Below are positions 48,323 to 58,301 of a DNA stretch of 64,000 bases, piece after piece. The stretch lies in NCBI GenBank assembly GCA_965219995.1, contig CBDCOX010000002.1, forward strand, positions 672,001 through 736,000, in the 5' to 3' direction. Each line of letters begins with the position of its first letter. The stretch's first letter is position 1. The stretch is from Candidatus Latescibacterota bacterium (GTDB taxonomy: Bacteria > Latescibacterota > UBA2968 > GCA-2709665). The position numbers and the translations under genes were made by a program. A model generated the notes under the pieces. The model worked only from the letters and a program-made list of their open reading frames with translations, was not told the DNA's origin and did not search any database.

Positions 48323-50323
48323 ATGGCTGAAACCGGCGCGGCCGTTCGGAACGCCGCGCGACAGAATCCCGATTCGCTTGCGGCGGAGGATCGGGGCATC
48401 ACGCTTCGGTCGATCGCATTCGGCCTGTGCCTGGCCGTAGCCGTAAGTCTCCTGGCCAACACCGTGCTCTACCTTGTCCACGGTTCGCTGATGGCGTACA
48501 GCCATATGCCCATGGGCAACCTGATATTGACCCTGCTGTCCATGGTTTTCTGTTCGGCATTGGCCTTTCGGTTCGGAAGGCCGTTCGTGTTTTCCCGGAC
48601 CGAGTGGTTCACCATTTTCACCATGGGGTTCGTGAGTTCGCTGGGTCCCACCTATGGCGTGAGCGGTTACCTGGTGGGCGTGATCGTGTCCCCGTACTAT
48701 TTCGCCACGCCCGAGAATCGATGGTCCGAGTTTCTGCATCCGTATCTTCCGGAATTCATCTTTCCCCAGAACAGGAAGGGAGAGATGAGCTGGTTTTACA
48801 ACGGTTTGCCCCCGGACGCGGCCGTGCCTTGGGAAAGCTGGGCGGGGCCGCTGTTCTGGTGGTTCACGTTTATCGGAGCGGTGGCGTTCGCCTGCTTTTG
48901 CGCGTCCATCATCATCCACCGGCAGTGGTCGGAATATGAAAAGCTCGTCTATCCGGCCATGGAGCCCATCGTGGAAATTGCGTCCTTCGGGGGTTCGGGG
49001 AAGCGGCTGCTGCCTGAGTTGATGCAGGGTCGGATGTTCTGGTCCGGGTTTTCGGTCAGCGCCTTCATCTATTGCTGGAATATGATCGGCTGGTTTTTTC
49101 CGGCCTTTCCGAGCTTTCGCATGACGCCGGGTTGGTACCTTCCTCTCGCGAGAGACTTTCCCGCCCTGTGGATTTCCTTCAATACGTTTGTGATCTGCTT
49201 CGCCTATTTCGCCAGCCTGGAGGTCCTGTTCAGCCTCTGGTTTTTCGACCTGTTCTTTGTCGTCGAGTCGGGAATCCTGACCCGCCTGGGAATGCCGTCC
49301 TGGCATTCCTACCGGTCCGCCGGCCCGTATACATGGCAGACCACGGGCGCATTCGTCTGTCTGGCCGTTTTCTGGGTCTTGATTTCTCGGCGTCACATCA
49401 GGGACGCATTTCTGAAAGCGCTGAATCCACGCAGCGATCATATAGACGACAGCCGCGAACTCATTTCCTACCGTGCGGCGTTCATCGGTCTGGGTGTCGC
49501 CTGCTGTTACGCCGTCGCCTGGCTCTGGAATGCGGGAATGAACACCGGCGTGATCGCGCTGACGATGCCGACGATGTTTCTCGTCTATCTGGCGATGGGC
49601 AAGATTCTCGCGGATTCGGGTCTGGTTTTTCTGAGTTCGCCGACGTCGGCCCGCAACCTCGTACAGGCTGCATACGGCGGACCCAAAGGCATTCCGGCGG
49701 CGACCCACGCTCTGTTCTATCCGACCGCGGTGGCATTGAGCCATTTCAAAGGAACGATATTCACGTTCGGCATGCACGCCAACCGGCTGGGCGACTTTGT
49801 CGCGGGCAACAAGAGGCGGTTGTTCTGGTCGGTGTGCGCCGCGTTTCTGGTGGGGCTGGTGGCATCCACGCTGTACGTGGTCTGGCTGGGGTACACGGTC
49901 GGCGGGTATAATTTCGAGCCGAACTGGCTGGTGACGCGGGCCGGTCACAGCGGGTTCCAGGGGGCGGTCAGCGACATTATTTCGCCCAAACCGATGCAGT
50001 CGAGCGAATATGTGTTTTTCGTCGTGGGCGTGCTGGCCATGGGGATCATTACGTTCATGCGGTACCGTTTTGCATGGTGGCCGTTTCATCCCATCGGCTT
50101 CGCGCTCTCCGGATCGGCGCTTTCGCATCTGACCGGATTCACGATCTTTCTGGCGTGGAGTCTGAAGGCGATTTTGCTGAGATTTTTCGGGGCCGCGTTT
50201 TACCGGCGTTCACGCCCGTTCTTCATCGGGCTCCTCATCGGATACGTATTTGCGATCGCACTGGGGCTCGTGCTGGATGCCGTCTGGTTCATGCCCCAGG
50301 GCCACCGTATCCATGTATATTGA
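48323..50323 (+). CDS. Polytopic membrane protein, DUF6785/DUF6784-like, paralog 2
   Basis: Colinear with the upstream paralog: PYYFATPENRW, RQWSEYEKLVYP, WWPFHPIG. Confidence 0.8.
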   Translation: MAETGAAVRNAARQNPDSLAAEDRGITLRSIAFGLCLAVAVSLLANTVLYLVHGSLMAYSHMPMGNLILTLLSMVFCSALAFRFGRPFVFSRTEWFTIFTMGFVSSLGPTYGVSGYLVGVIVSPYYFATPENRWSEFLHPYLPEFIFPQNRKGEMSWFYNGLPPDAAVPWESWAGPLFWWFTFIGAVAFACFCASIIIHRQWSEYEKLVYPAMEPIVEIASFGGSGKRLLPELMQGRMFWSGFSVSAFIYCWNMIGWFFPAFPSFRMTPGWYLPLARDFPALWISFNTFVICFAYFASLEVLFSLWFFDLFFVVESGILTRLGMPSWHSYRSAGPYTWQTTGAFVCLAVFWVLISRRHIRDAFLKALNPRSDHIDDSRELISYRAAFIGLGVACCYAVAWLWNAGMNTGVIALTMPTMFLVYLAMGKILADSGLVFLSSPTSARNLVQAAYGGPKGIPAATHALFYPTAVALSHFKGTIFTFGMHANRLGDFVAGNKRRLFWSVCAAFLVGLVASTLYVVWLGYTVGGYNFEPNWLVTRAGHSGFQGAVSDIISPKPMQSSEYVFFVVGVLAMGIITFMRYRFAWWPFHPIGFALSGSALSHLTGFTIFLAWSLKAILLRFFGAAFYRRSRPFFIGLLIGYVFAIALGLVLDAVWFMPQGHRIHVY

Positions 50324-50398
50324 GCGCCCGGGAGTTACCCGTCGGTACGTTAACCTGCACATTACAACGGATAATTGGTCAGAAAGAGGAGCGAACAT

Positions 50399-51445
50399 AT
50401 GCCAGATGGTCTTCGCAAGGTAGCGGCCAAGGACGGCGCCGGGCGGATCGTCGTCATCGAGGAACCGATCCCACAGCCTGGTCCCGGCCAGGTCCAGATC
50501 GAGGTCAGGGCGAGTTTTGTGAGTCCGGGTACGGAATTGGGCGCCGTGAGGAGGATTCGGGAGAATCCCGGCGGCGGCCCCGCCCGGCCGTTCGGATATT
50601 CGAATGCCGGCGTGGTCGTCGGACAGGGCGAGGGTTGTGAAGATATACCGATGGGAACCCGGGTGGCCTGCATGGGCGGTGGCTATGCACTGCACGCGAC
50701 TCACGCCTGCGTACCCAGGAATATGGCGGTACCCATGCCCGAGGCCGTGCATTTCGAGGATGCGTCGTCCATCCATCTCGTTGCAACGGCATTGAATGCC
50801 GTGCGGCGGGCCGAGCTGACCCTGGGCGAATACGTTGCGGTTGTGGGACTGGGTCCGGTGGGGCAGTTTTCCTGCCAGTGGGCCCGGCTTGCAGGGTGCC
50901 ATACGCTCGCGCTGGACCGGTTGCCGATGCGCCTTGCAGTTGCGGAAAAGACCGGTGCGGACCGGACTGTGAACGCCGGAAAAGAGGACGCCGTGGCCTC
51001 GGCTGCGGAATTTACACGGGGATACGGCGTGGACGCCGGCATTCTCGCGTTCGGTGGAGACGGCACCGAGGCCTTCAGGATGCTCGCGGCGATGATGAAG
51101 CGTGCGCCCGATACGCACCAGATGGGCCGGATCACAATCGTCGGCGGCGCGAAGATCGAGCACGTGTTCGCATCGGGGCTGGGCAACCTGGACGTTCGGA
51201 GTGCGGCGCGGACGGGCCCCGGATATCACGATGAAGCGTGGGAGCACGGACGCGACTATCCGCCGGTATTCATGCAATGGACCACGCGGCGGAACCTGGA
51301 GGAGTGTCTCGCGTTCATGGCTTCCGGCGGGATGCTGGTCGAGCCGCTGATCACCCACCGGGTGGCGCTCGACGACGCGCCGGAGGCGTGCGAGGCGCTG
51401 ATTCAGCGGCCCAATGAAGCGCTGGGTGTCGTGCTGCTGCCTTAG
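50399..51445 (+). CDS. Medium-chain (zinc-binding family) dehydrogenase
   Basis: SFVSPGTE, FGYSNAG, VVGLGPVG, LITHR; GAGGAG RBS. Confidence 0.88.
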   Translation: MPDGLRKVAAKDGAGRIVVIEEPIPQPGPGQVQIEVRASFVSPGTELGAVRRIRENPGGGPARPFGYSNAGVVVGQGEGCEDIPMGTRVACMGGGYALHATHACVPRNMAVPMPEAVHFEDASSIHLVATALNAVRRAELTLGEYVAVVGLGPVGQFSCQWARLAGCHTLALDRLPMRLAVAEKTGADRTVNAGKEDAVASAAEFTRGYGVDAGILAFGGDGTEAFRMLAAMMKRAPDTHQMGRITIVGGAKIEHVFASGLGNLDVRSAARTGPGYHDEAWEHGRDYPPVFMQWTTRRNLEECLAFMASGGMLVEPLITHRVALDDAPEACEALIQRPNEALGVVLLP

Positions 51446-51491
51446 ACTCTATCCATCGGCAGGAAAACACGAATCGTAACGGGAGTTTCCC

Positions 51492-52574
51492 ATGTCTGGA
51501 AAACAGTATCGAGGCGGTGCGATCGGCAGGACGGGCCGGGGCGGTTACGGGCACGGACTGCATCTGGGCCTGGCTGCAGCGGACGCAGTGGATCTGGTGG
51601 CTGTGGCGGATCCGGACGCGCAGGGGCGTCGGGAGGTCGCGGAGGCCACCGGCGCGGAACGCACCTATGAAGACTATCGGGAGATGCTGGAGAAAGAAGG
51701 GCTGGACATCGTCACCGTGGGGCCCCGCTGGGTGGACTGCCACGAAGAGATGGTGCTGGCGTGTATCGAGGCTGGCTGCCACGTCTATTGCGAGAAACCG
51801 ATGGCCGGCACGCTCGATTCGGCGGATCGCATGGTGTCCGCGGCACGGCGGGCGGGCGTCAAACTGGCCGTCGCGCATCAGGGCGTCTATCTGCCCCAGG
51901 TCCAGGCCGTGAAACGGCTGCTGGACGGCGGCGGCATCGGACCGCTGCAGGCGATTTACGCAACCGGAAAGCAGGACCATCGCGGCGGGGGCGAGGATAT
52001 GATGGTCCTGGGGACGCACCTGTTCAACCTGATGCGATTCCTGGGTGGCGACGTGGCGTGGATGAGCGCGCAGGTCATGGTTGGAGAGCGAGAACTCCGG
52101 ATTGGCGATGCCCGCGAGGCAAACGAGCCGATCGGTCTGATTGCGGGCGACCGCGTACGGAGTTTCTTCGCGTTTCAGAGCGGCGCCGCGGGCTTCTTCG
52201 TTTCCCGGGCCGATCAGCCCGGGAACGGAGCGTGTTTCGGCCTGGAGCTGGTGGGGCGGGACGGACGCCTGATGCTGCGCGGCGGCGCGCCGACCGTGAT
52301 TGCCGCTTATCCCTTCAGCGTCTGGCTTCCGGAGGACGGGTCGCGCGCCTGGGAAGTGCTGGACCTGGAGACCGCGCCGCTTCCCGATGGCAACAGGCGC
52401 GCGATTCTGGATCTGATCGATGCGATCGAGCACGACCGGCAGCCCCTGTCCAGCGGTGTGGATGCGGTGAAGGCCCTTGAAATGGTGCTGGGCGCCTATG
52501 CATCGCAGATCTCGGGCGGGCGCGTGTCGTTTCCGATGGCCGACCGAACCCATCCGCTCGAGGGCCATGCATAG
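51492..52574 (+). CDS. Gfo/Idh/MocA family oxidoreductase
   Basis: GRTGRGGYGH, YCEKP, GGGEDMMVLGTH. Confidence 0.9.
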   Translation: MSGKQYRGGAIGRTGRGGYGHGLHLGLAAADAVDLVAVADPDAQGRREVAEATGAERTYEDYREMLEKEGLDIVTVGPRWVDCHEEMVLACIEAGCHVYCEKPMAGTLDSADRMVSAARRAGVKLAVAHQGVYLPQVQAVKRLLDGGGIGPLQAIYATGKQDHRGGGEDMMVLGTHLFNLMRFLGGDVAWMSAQVMVGERELRIGDAREANEPIGLIAGDRVRSFFAFQSGAAGFFVSRADQPGNGACFGLELVGRDGRLMLRGGAPTVIAAYPFSVWLPEDGSRAWEVLDLETAPLPDGNRRAILDLIDAIEHDRQPLSSGVDAVKALEMVLGAYASQISGGRVSFPMADRTHPLEGHA

Positions 52575-52715
52575 CCGTCAACTCAAGTACGGATACTTTG
52601 GATATCCTGTTGGATTGTCGTATATTGTCCGAAGTATATCCTTGCAGCAGGGGATTGCATCGGTTTCCGGCCCGTTCATTCGGCATCCGGCCCCCAGGCG
52701 GAAGGTGGAATCACG

Positions 52716-53678
52716 ATGAATGCGAGAATCACCAGGGATATTTCTGATCGGATGCGCCCTTCGATTATGCTGGCCGCGTGGCCGGGCATGGGGAGCGTGG
52801 GCGTCGGGGCGCTGGATTACCTGCGGCGGAAGCTGGACGCGGCGCCGTTCGCGGAGATCGACATGAGCGAATATTTCGCGCCGGAGGCGGTGGTTGTCGA
52901 AAAAGGACTCGCCCGCTCGTTTTCCGACCTGCCGAGCCACGTTTTCTATTACGTGGAGGAGCCGCCGCTGATCATATCCGAAAGCGAAGCGCAGATACCC
53001 GGGATGGGTGGCACGGTCCTTATGGGCCACATGCTCGATCTTGCGCAGCGGTTCAAGGTGGAAACCATCTATACGGGGGCGGCATACGCAATGCCAATCA
53101 GCCACAACGAACGCGTTCAGGTGCTCGGCGCGGCCAACCAGGAAGCGCTTCGGGACGCGCTCGGCCAATATGGCGTGGAGATCCTGCAGGAAGGACATAT
53201 TGCCGGTCTGAATGGACTGTTGCTGGGGTCGGCCGGGCTGCGAAATATCCGGGCGGCCTGCCTGTTGGCGACCATGCCGATGTACGCCCAGATGATGCCG
53301 AACCCCAAGGCGTCGCGTGAGATCGTTCGCGTCTGGTCGGAAATGTTGCAGCTGGACGTGAATATGTCGGAGATCGACCAGGCCGTTGAACGCATGGACG
53401 ACACCATGTCCCAGATCGAAGAGAAGATCCGTACCACCTTCTCCACCATGGAACCCGAGAACGAGGATGAAATCGAACTCGAAGAAGTGGACGAAGAGCA
53501 GGTGCCTCAGGTGGTCATGGAGCGGATCGAACGCCTCTTCGGCGAGGTCGAACACGAGACGACCAAAGAGAAGGCGGCCCTGTTGAAGCGGGAACTGGAC
53601 CGGTGGAACCTGTATGGACTCTACGAAGACCGGTTTCTGGGTCTGTTCCGAAAGGACAGCGGCCCCAATCGCGGGTAA
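52716..53678 (+). CDS. PAC2 family (proteasome assembly chaperone-like) protein
   Basis: AAWPGMGSVG, IYTGAA, GHIAGLNGLLLG, CLLATMP, PNPKAS; acidic linker and helical C-terminal extension. Confidence 0.8.
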   Translation: MNARITRDISDRMRPSIMLAAWPGMGSVGVGALDYLRRKLDAAPFAEIDMSEYFAPEAVVVEKGLARSFSDLPSHVFYYVEEPPLIISESEAQIPGMGGTVLMGHMLDLAQRFKVETIYTGAAYAMPISHNERVQVLGAANQEALRDALGQYGVEILQEGHIAGLNGLLLGSAGLRNIRAACLLATMPMYAQMMPNPKASREIVRVWSEMLQLDVNMSEIDQAVERMDDTMSQIEEKIRTTFSTMEPENEDEIELEEVDEEQVPQVVMERIERLFGEVEHETTKEKAALLKRELDRWNLYGLYEDRFLGLFRKDSGPNRG

Positions 53679-53856
53679 CGAGGTGTACCGTCAACCCATT
53701 CGCGTTCTGAAGTTACGAGGAACGCGGCGATACCCGGGATCCAACGCTCGGTTCGGCAAGATCGGTTTGCCGCGCTGAATTCGCTCATTCCCCCCGTCGT
53801 CTGATCCGCCCGCCACGTCCCAACCCGTCACAACCGTTGAAGACAAGGAGACAAAA

Positions 53857-54933
53857 GTGTATCCGGAGCCCGTCGACAGTGCCCAGTTGAAAATCGATCT
53901 GTACAGCGATACGGCAACGAAACCCACCCGGGAAATGCGGGAGTTCATGTGCGCGGCGGAAGTCGGCGATGAGCAGCGCGGGGAAGACCCGTCGGTGAAC
54001 GAACTTCAGGACATGGTGGCCGAAATGCTGGGCAAGGAATCCGCATTGCTGCTGCCGTCGGGCACGATGTGCAATCAGATCGCCTTTGCGGTTCACTGCC
54101 GACCCGGTGATATGGTTCTGCTCGAACGGAACGCCCACCCGCTGCATTCCGAAGCCGGCGGCGCCGCGGTCCTCGCAAGCACGACTCTATATCCGGTGGA
54201 CGGCGTGAACGGGCACTTTACAGCCGGGCATGTCGTGGCGGAAGTCCAGCCGGCCACCCGTTACTGGCCGGGCTTCCGGCTGGTGGCCGTGGAGCAGACC
54301 ACGAACCGGCCGGGCGGCCGCGTCTGGCCGCTGGAGCAGATGCGGGAGGTCTGCGAGGCGGCGCACGAGCGGAATCTGCAGACGCACATGGACGGCGCCC
54401 GACTGTTCAATGCGGTGGTCGCGTCCGGGATACCGGCGGTGGAATACGCCCGCACATTCGACTCGCTCTGGATCGATCTGAGCAAGGGCCTGGGCGCGCC
54501 TATCGGGGGTGTCCTGGCGGGCTCGCGCGGGTTCATCGAGTCCGCATGGCAGTGGAAGCAGCGGATCGGCGGCGCGATGCGGCAGGCGGGGTTCGTGGCG
54601 GCCGCCGGGATCTACGCGCTGCGGCACAACATCGACCGGCTGGCTGAGGACCACGCCAACGCCAGGCGGCTTGCGTTAGGGATTTCGGACGCGCCGGGGA
54701 TTCAGGTGAATCCGGACGAGGTCGAAACCAATATGGTCAAGTTCGACGTGGGAGGAACGGGAATCGGTTCGAAGGAATTTGCGAGCCGGCTGCTCGCCGA
54801 TTGGGGCGTCCGGGTGAGCACGCCGGGCCCAACGGCGATTCGCGCCATCCCGTATCTCGGCATCAGCCGGGATGACGTCGACGAAGCCACGCGCGCGATC
54901 TGCTCCGTGGCAGAGGAACTTGCGGAGGGGTAA
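53857..54933 (+). CDS. ltaE: Low-specificity L-threonine aldolase family PLP enzyme
   Basis: DLYSDT, EVGD, SGTMCNQ, HMDGARLFNA, LSKGLGAPIG, GGAMRQAG. Confidence 0.9.
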   Translation: MYPEPVDSAQLKIDLYSDTATKPTREMREFMCAAEVGDEQRGEDPSVNELQDMVAEMLGKESALLLPSGTMCNQIAFAVHCRPGDMVLLERNAHPLHSEAGGAAVLASTTLYPVDGVNGHFTAGHVVAEVQPATRYWPGFRLVAVEQTTNRPGGRVWPLEQMREVCEAAHERNLQTHMDGARLFNAVVASGIPAVEYARTFDSLWIDLSKGLGAPIGGVLAGSRGFIESAWQWKQRIGGAMRQAGFVAAAGIYALRHNIDRLAEDHANARRLALGISDAPGIQVNPDEVETNMVKFDVGGTGIGSKEFASRLLADWGVRVSTPGPTAIRAIPYLGISRDDVDEATRAICSVAEELAEG

Positions 54934-54942
54934 ACATAGCCA

Positions 54943-55761
54943 ATGCGAATCATCGATCCTCACGTACACGTCTGGGTGAACGACCCCGCGTATCCCTGGG
55001 CGCCGGACAACCCGAATCCGCCGGCAGAGGATGCAACCTGCGAGATGCTGCTGGAGGAGATGGCGCGCAACGGTACGGAAAAAACCGTGCTGGTTCAGGT
55101 GATCCACTACAAATGGGACAACCGGTACGCGGGCGACTGCCTGAGAAAATATCCGGACCGCTTCGAGGGCGTCTGCCGCGTGGACCCGGAGAATCCTGCC
55201 GCGGCAGACGATCTGAGCCGATGGGTGGAGGAATACGGTTTCAGAGGAGTGCGGCTGAGTCCGGGCGCGGGCCGGGAGGGAGACTGGTTCACAGGCCGCG
55301 GCCTGGACCGCCTGTGGCGGAGGACACGCGACCTGAACGTGCCCATGTGCATCCTGACGTCGCAGGGACGATTGCCGGACCTGGAGCGCTGGATTCGAAA
55401 ATACGATGATGTACAGGTTTGTGTGGACCACATGGCCTGGCCGCCGGTCGACGGCACCGGCGACGCCGCGAATCTGCTTCGGCTCGCCCGTTATCCGGAG
55501 GTGTACGTGAAGATATCGGGCACCTGGGGTGTGTCGCAGGAATCGTATCCCTACCGGGACACGCACGCGGTTGTCAGGCAGGTCTACGACGCGTTCGGCC
55601 CGGAACGGCTCATGTGGGGCACCGACTGGCCGCTCGTCGAACGGAAATGCGGCTATGCCGGAGCGCTGGATATCGTAAGAAAAGAACTCGCGTTTCTGAA
55701 TGACACGGATCGGGAGTGGATACTCGGAAAGACCGTGCTCAGGCTCTGGCCGTTCGACTGA
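54943..55761 (+). CDS. Amidohydrolase family protein (Amidohydro_2, lactonase-like)
   Basis: IIDPHVHVW, GFRGVRL, VDHM, FGPERLMWGTDWP. Confidence 0.9.
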   Translation: MRIIDPHVHVWVNDPAYPWAPDNPNPPAEDATCEMLLEEMARNGTEKTVLVQVIHYKWDNRYAGDCLRKYPDRFEGVCRVDPENPAAADDLSRWVEEYGFRGVRLSPGAGREGDWFTGRGLDRLWRRTRDLNVPMCILTSQGRLPDLERWIRKYDDVQVCVDHMAWPPVDGTGDAANLLRLARYPEVYVKISGTWGVSQESYPYRDTHAVVRQVYDAFGPERLMWGTDWPLVERKCGYAGALDIVRKELAFLNDTDREWILGKTVLRLWPFD

Positions 55762-55785
55762 CGGCGGGCCGTTCTGGAGGCATCC

Positions 55786-56604
55786 ATGTACAAGGTGTCG
55801 TACGACGGTACGAACAAGAAGATCCTCTGGCAGGAGATGTGGCGGCACGAGTTCGAAGAGGCCCTGAAACACGATCCTGTCGTAATATTGCCCACGGGTT
55901 CGGTGGAACAGCACGGCCCCCACTGCCCGATGGACGTGGATATCGTGGGTCCGTTTTATATGGCGGCGCGCGTGGCGCAGCGGGTGGACGATTTCCCCGT
56001 GATCGTCGCCCCGCCGATCTGGTCCGGATTCACCCACTACAACAAGGGTTTTGCGGGAACCATCAGCCTGCGGATCGAGACCTACCTGAACCTCGTCGGC
56101 GACGTCTGCAGGAGCATCTATGACAACGGATTCAAACGCATCGTGATGGTGAACGGGCACGGGGGCAATATGGCGCCCAACCACGTGGTTCGGGACACCA
56201 TCGCGGAAGAGAACGTGTTTGTGGTCGCCTATAGCTGGTGGCAGTCCGTCGCGGACGAGATGCTGGCGTGGAGCGATGCGGACAACGGCAGCGTCGGCCA
56301 CGGCGGCGAGTGGGAGACGTCGGTACAATTGTATCTGCGGGAGCATCTTATCGAGAAATCTCTGATGAATGACGACATCTTTCCGAATCCGTTCAGCGAG
56401 GATCTCCGGCACTTCGGCGGGTTTTCGGAACGCCGCAGGGATACCCGCGACGTCACCGGCACCATGGGCAGTTCGAGCGTTGCCAGCAGGGAGAAGGGGG
56501 AGCGGGTCTTCAACCTGGCGGTAGACCGCCTGGAGCGCCTGGTCCGGGAGTACCACGACCAGCCGGTCAGACAGTACAGGGAGTTCGGCTCGCATTGTCC
56601 CTGA
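55786..56604 (+). CDS. Creatininase family amidohydrolase
   Basis: PTGSVEQHGPHCPMDVD, VNGHGGN, HGGEWETS. Confidence 0.92.
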   Translation: MYKVSYDGTNKKILWQEMWRHEFEEALKHDPVVILPTGSVEQHGPHCPMDVDIVGPFYMAARVAQRVDDFPVIVAPPIWSGFTHYNKGFAGTISLRIETYLNLVGDVCRSIYDNGFKRIVMVNGHGGNMAPNHVVRDTIAEENVFVVAYSWWQSVADEMLAWSDADNGSVGHGGEWETSVQLYLREHLIEKSLMNDDIFPNPFSEDLRHFGGFSERRRDTRDVTGTMGSSSVASREKGERVFNLAVDRLERLVREYHDQPVRQYREFGSHCP

Positions 56605-56637
56605 GAACCGATTGCGAATCTGCAGGAGGCAAAGGGC

Positions 56638-58245
56638 ATGTCGGATCTGCTTTATTTCGATTGTCACGCGACCGTCGGGCAGCGACCCATGAAACATCCC
56701 CGGGTGCGCTGGTCCACCGAGCACCTTCTCGAAGATATGGACCTTGCCGAGATATCCGGCGCGCTGGTCACGCACGGCGTCGCCCGGAGTTACGATCCCG
56801 TGTACGGAAATCGCCGGTTGCAGGCGGAACGGGCAAAGGCGCCCGGCAGGCTGTTCGGGGCGTGGTGTATCGTTCCGCTGGGAGACCCCGGTTTCTTTGC
56901 CGATGGCGATGCGTTGATCGCGGCGATGGAGGAGGATGACGCCCGGGCCGTGCGTCTGATGCCGGGGGGTTTTCCCCTGCATCCGGAACTGGTGGGTCCG
57001 ACCTTCGAGGTCCTGCAGCACCACGGCATCCTGACGCTGCTGGAGGTCGGCTGGGGAATGCCGGACATATTCGGATTCTTCCACGACCTGCTGTCCCGGT
57101 ACCCGCGGCTGCCGGTATTGCTGACGGACCACGTCTGGAGCCAGCAACGCCACGTCTACGCGTTGATGCAACGGCACCGGAACCTGCACCTGGAATTCTC
57201 ATCCTACCAGATCAACCGGGGAATCGAGAAGTACGTGGCGGACTTTGGAGACGAGCGCCTGCTTTTCGGTACCGGGGGCACCGAAAAGTCGCCCGGCGCC
57301 GCTCGCTTTTACGTGGACTACGCGCAGATTCCGGATGCTTCCAAACGCCGGATTGCGGGCGGGAATCTGAAGCGGTTATTGAAGGGACAGGGTCCGGCAC
57401 AGCCGGCGCCGCCCTCGAGCAACGCGGATGGCATCATGGCAGAGGCCAGGTCGGGCCGGCCGCTGTCGGTTCCGGTCCTCGACGCGCATTCCCACGTGTT
57501 GCACGAAGGCGGGCAGACGGCGGGTGTGAATTATCTCATGTACGACGGCGACGCCGAACACATGCTGGCCCTGAACGCGCGTTGCGGCATCGACAGGACC
57601 GCAATGATGAGCTGGAATGCGCCGGTCTGCGTGGATGCGCAAGACGGCAACGAGATCGTCTGGCGGGCCATGCAAAGGTTCGGCGACCCGGTGATCGGCG
57701 TGGCGGTCATCGATCCGACCCATATGACGCCTGCCGAGATGCAGGCCGAGATCCATCTGCGGTATATGGATCAGGGATTTGTGGGCATGAAACCCTACGT
57801 GCGGATGAACATGAACTATGAAGACGAGAAATTCATGCCCTGGTGGGAGTTCGGAAACGAGCACAGCCTCTACGCGTTGATGCACGTGGCCGGGCACACG
57901 GGCGGCGTGGCCGGCATCGGCAGATTGGCGGAGCGGTTCCCGGATGTCAGTTGGCTGATTGCGCACGCGGGCGGCAGTTACCACTTCGCGGAGGAGGTGG
58001 CGGCGTGTATCCGGGAGCACCCGAACGTGTACGCCGAGATCACGCTGACGCCCGTAACGAACCGCGTCGTGGAGTTTCTGGTTTCGGCAACCGACGAGGA
58101 TCACGTGCTGTTCGGCACGGATGCGCCGATGAGAGATCCCAGGCAGCAACTCGGATGGGTGGTCTGGGCACAGTTGCCCCTGGCGGCGAAAGAGAAGGTT
58201 CTGGGCGGGAATTTCCAGCGGATACTGGATCGGGTGAGGTTGTGA
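56638..58245 (+). CDS. Tandem two-domain amidohydrolase
   Basis: Domain 1 FDCHA...LLFGTGG...IAGGNL; domain 2 LDAHSH...IAHAG...LFGTDAP...LGGNF. Confidence 0.85.
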   Translation: MSDLLYFDCHATVGQRPMKHPRVRWSTEHLLEDMDLAEISGALVTHGVARSYDPVYGNRRLQAERAKAPGRLFGAWCIVPLGDPGFFADGDALIAAMEEDDARAVRLMPGGFPLHPELVGPTFEVLQHHGILTLLEVGWGMPDIFGFFHDLLSRYPRLPVLLTDHVWSQQRHVYALMQRHRNLHLEFSSYQINRGIEKYVADFGDERLLFGTGGTEKSPGAARFYVDYAQIPDASKRRIAGGNLKRLLKGQGPAQPAPPSSNADGIMAEARSGRPLSVPVLDAHSHVLHEGGQTAGVNYLMYDGDAEHMLALNARCGIDRTAMMSWNAPVCVDAQDGNEIVWRAMQRFGDPVIGVAVIDPTHMTPAEMQAEIHLRYMDQGFVGMKPYVRMNMNYEDEKFMPWWEFGNEHSLYALMHVAGHTGGVAGIGRLAERFPDVSWLIAHAGGSYHFAEEVAACIREHPNVYAEITLTPVTNRVVEFLVSATDEDHVLFGTDAPMRDPRQQLGWVVWAQLPLAAKEKVLGGNFQRILDRVRL

Positions 58246-58301
58246 GGGTGCCGCCGCCGGCACCTGGTGAAGAACCAGACTGAGGGAGATCGTTCGCAGA
58301 C

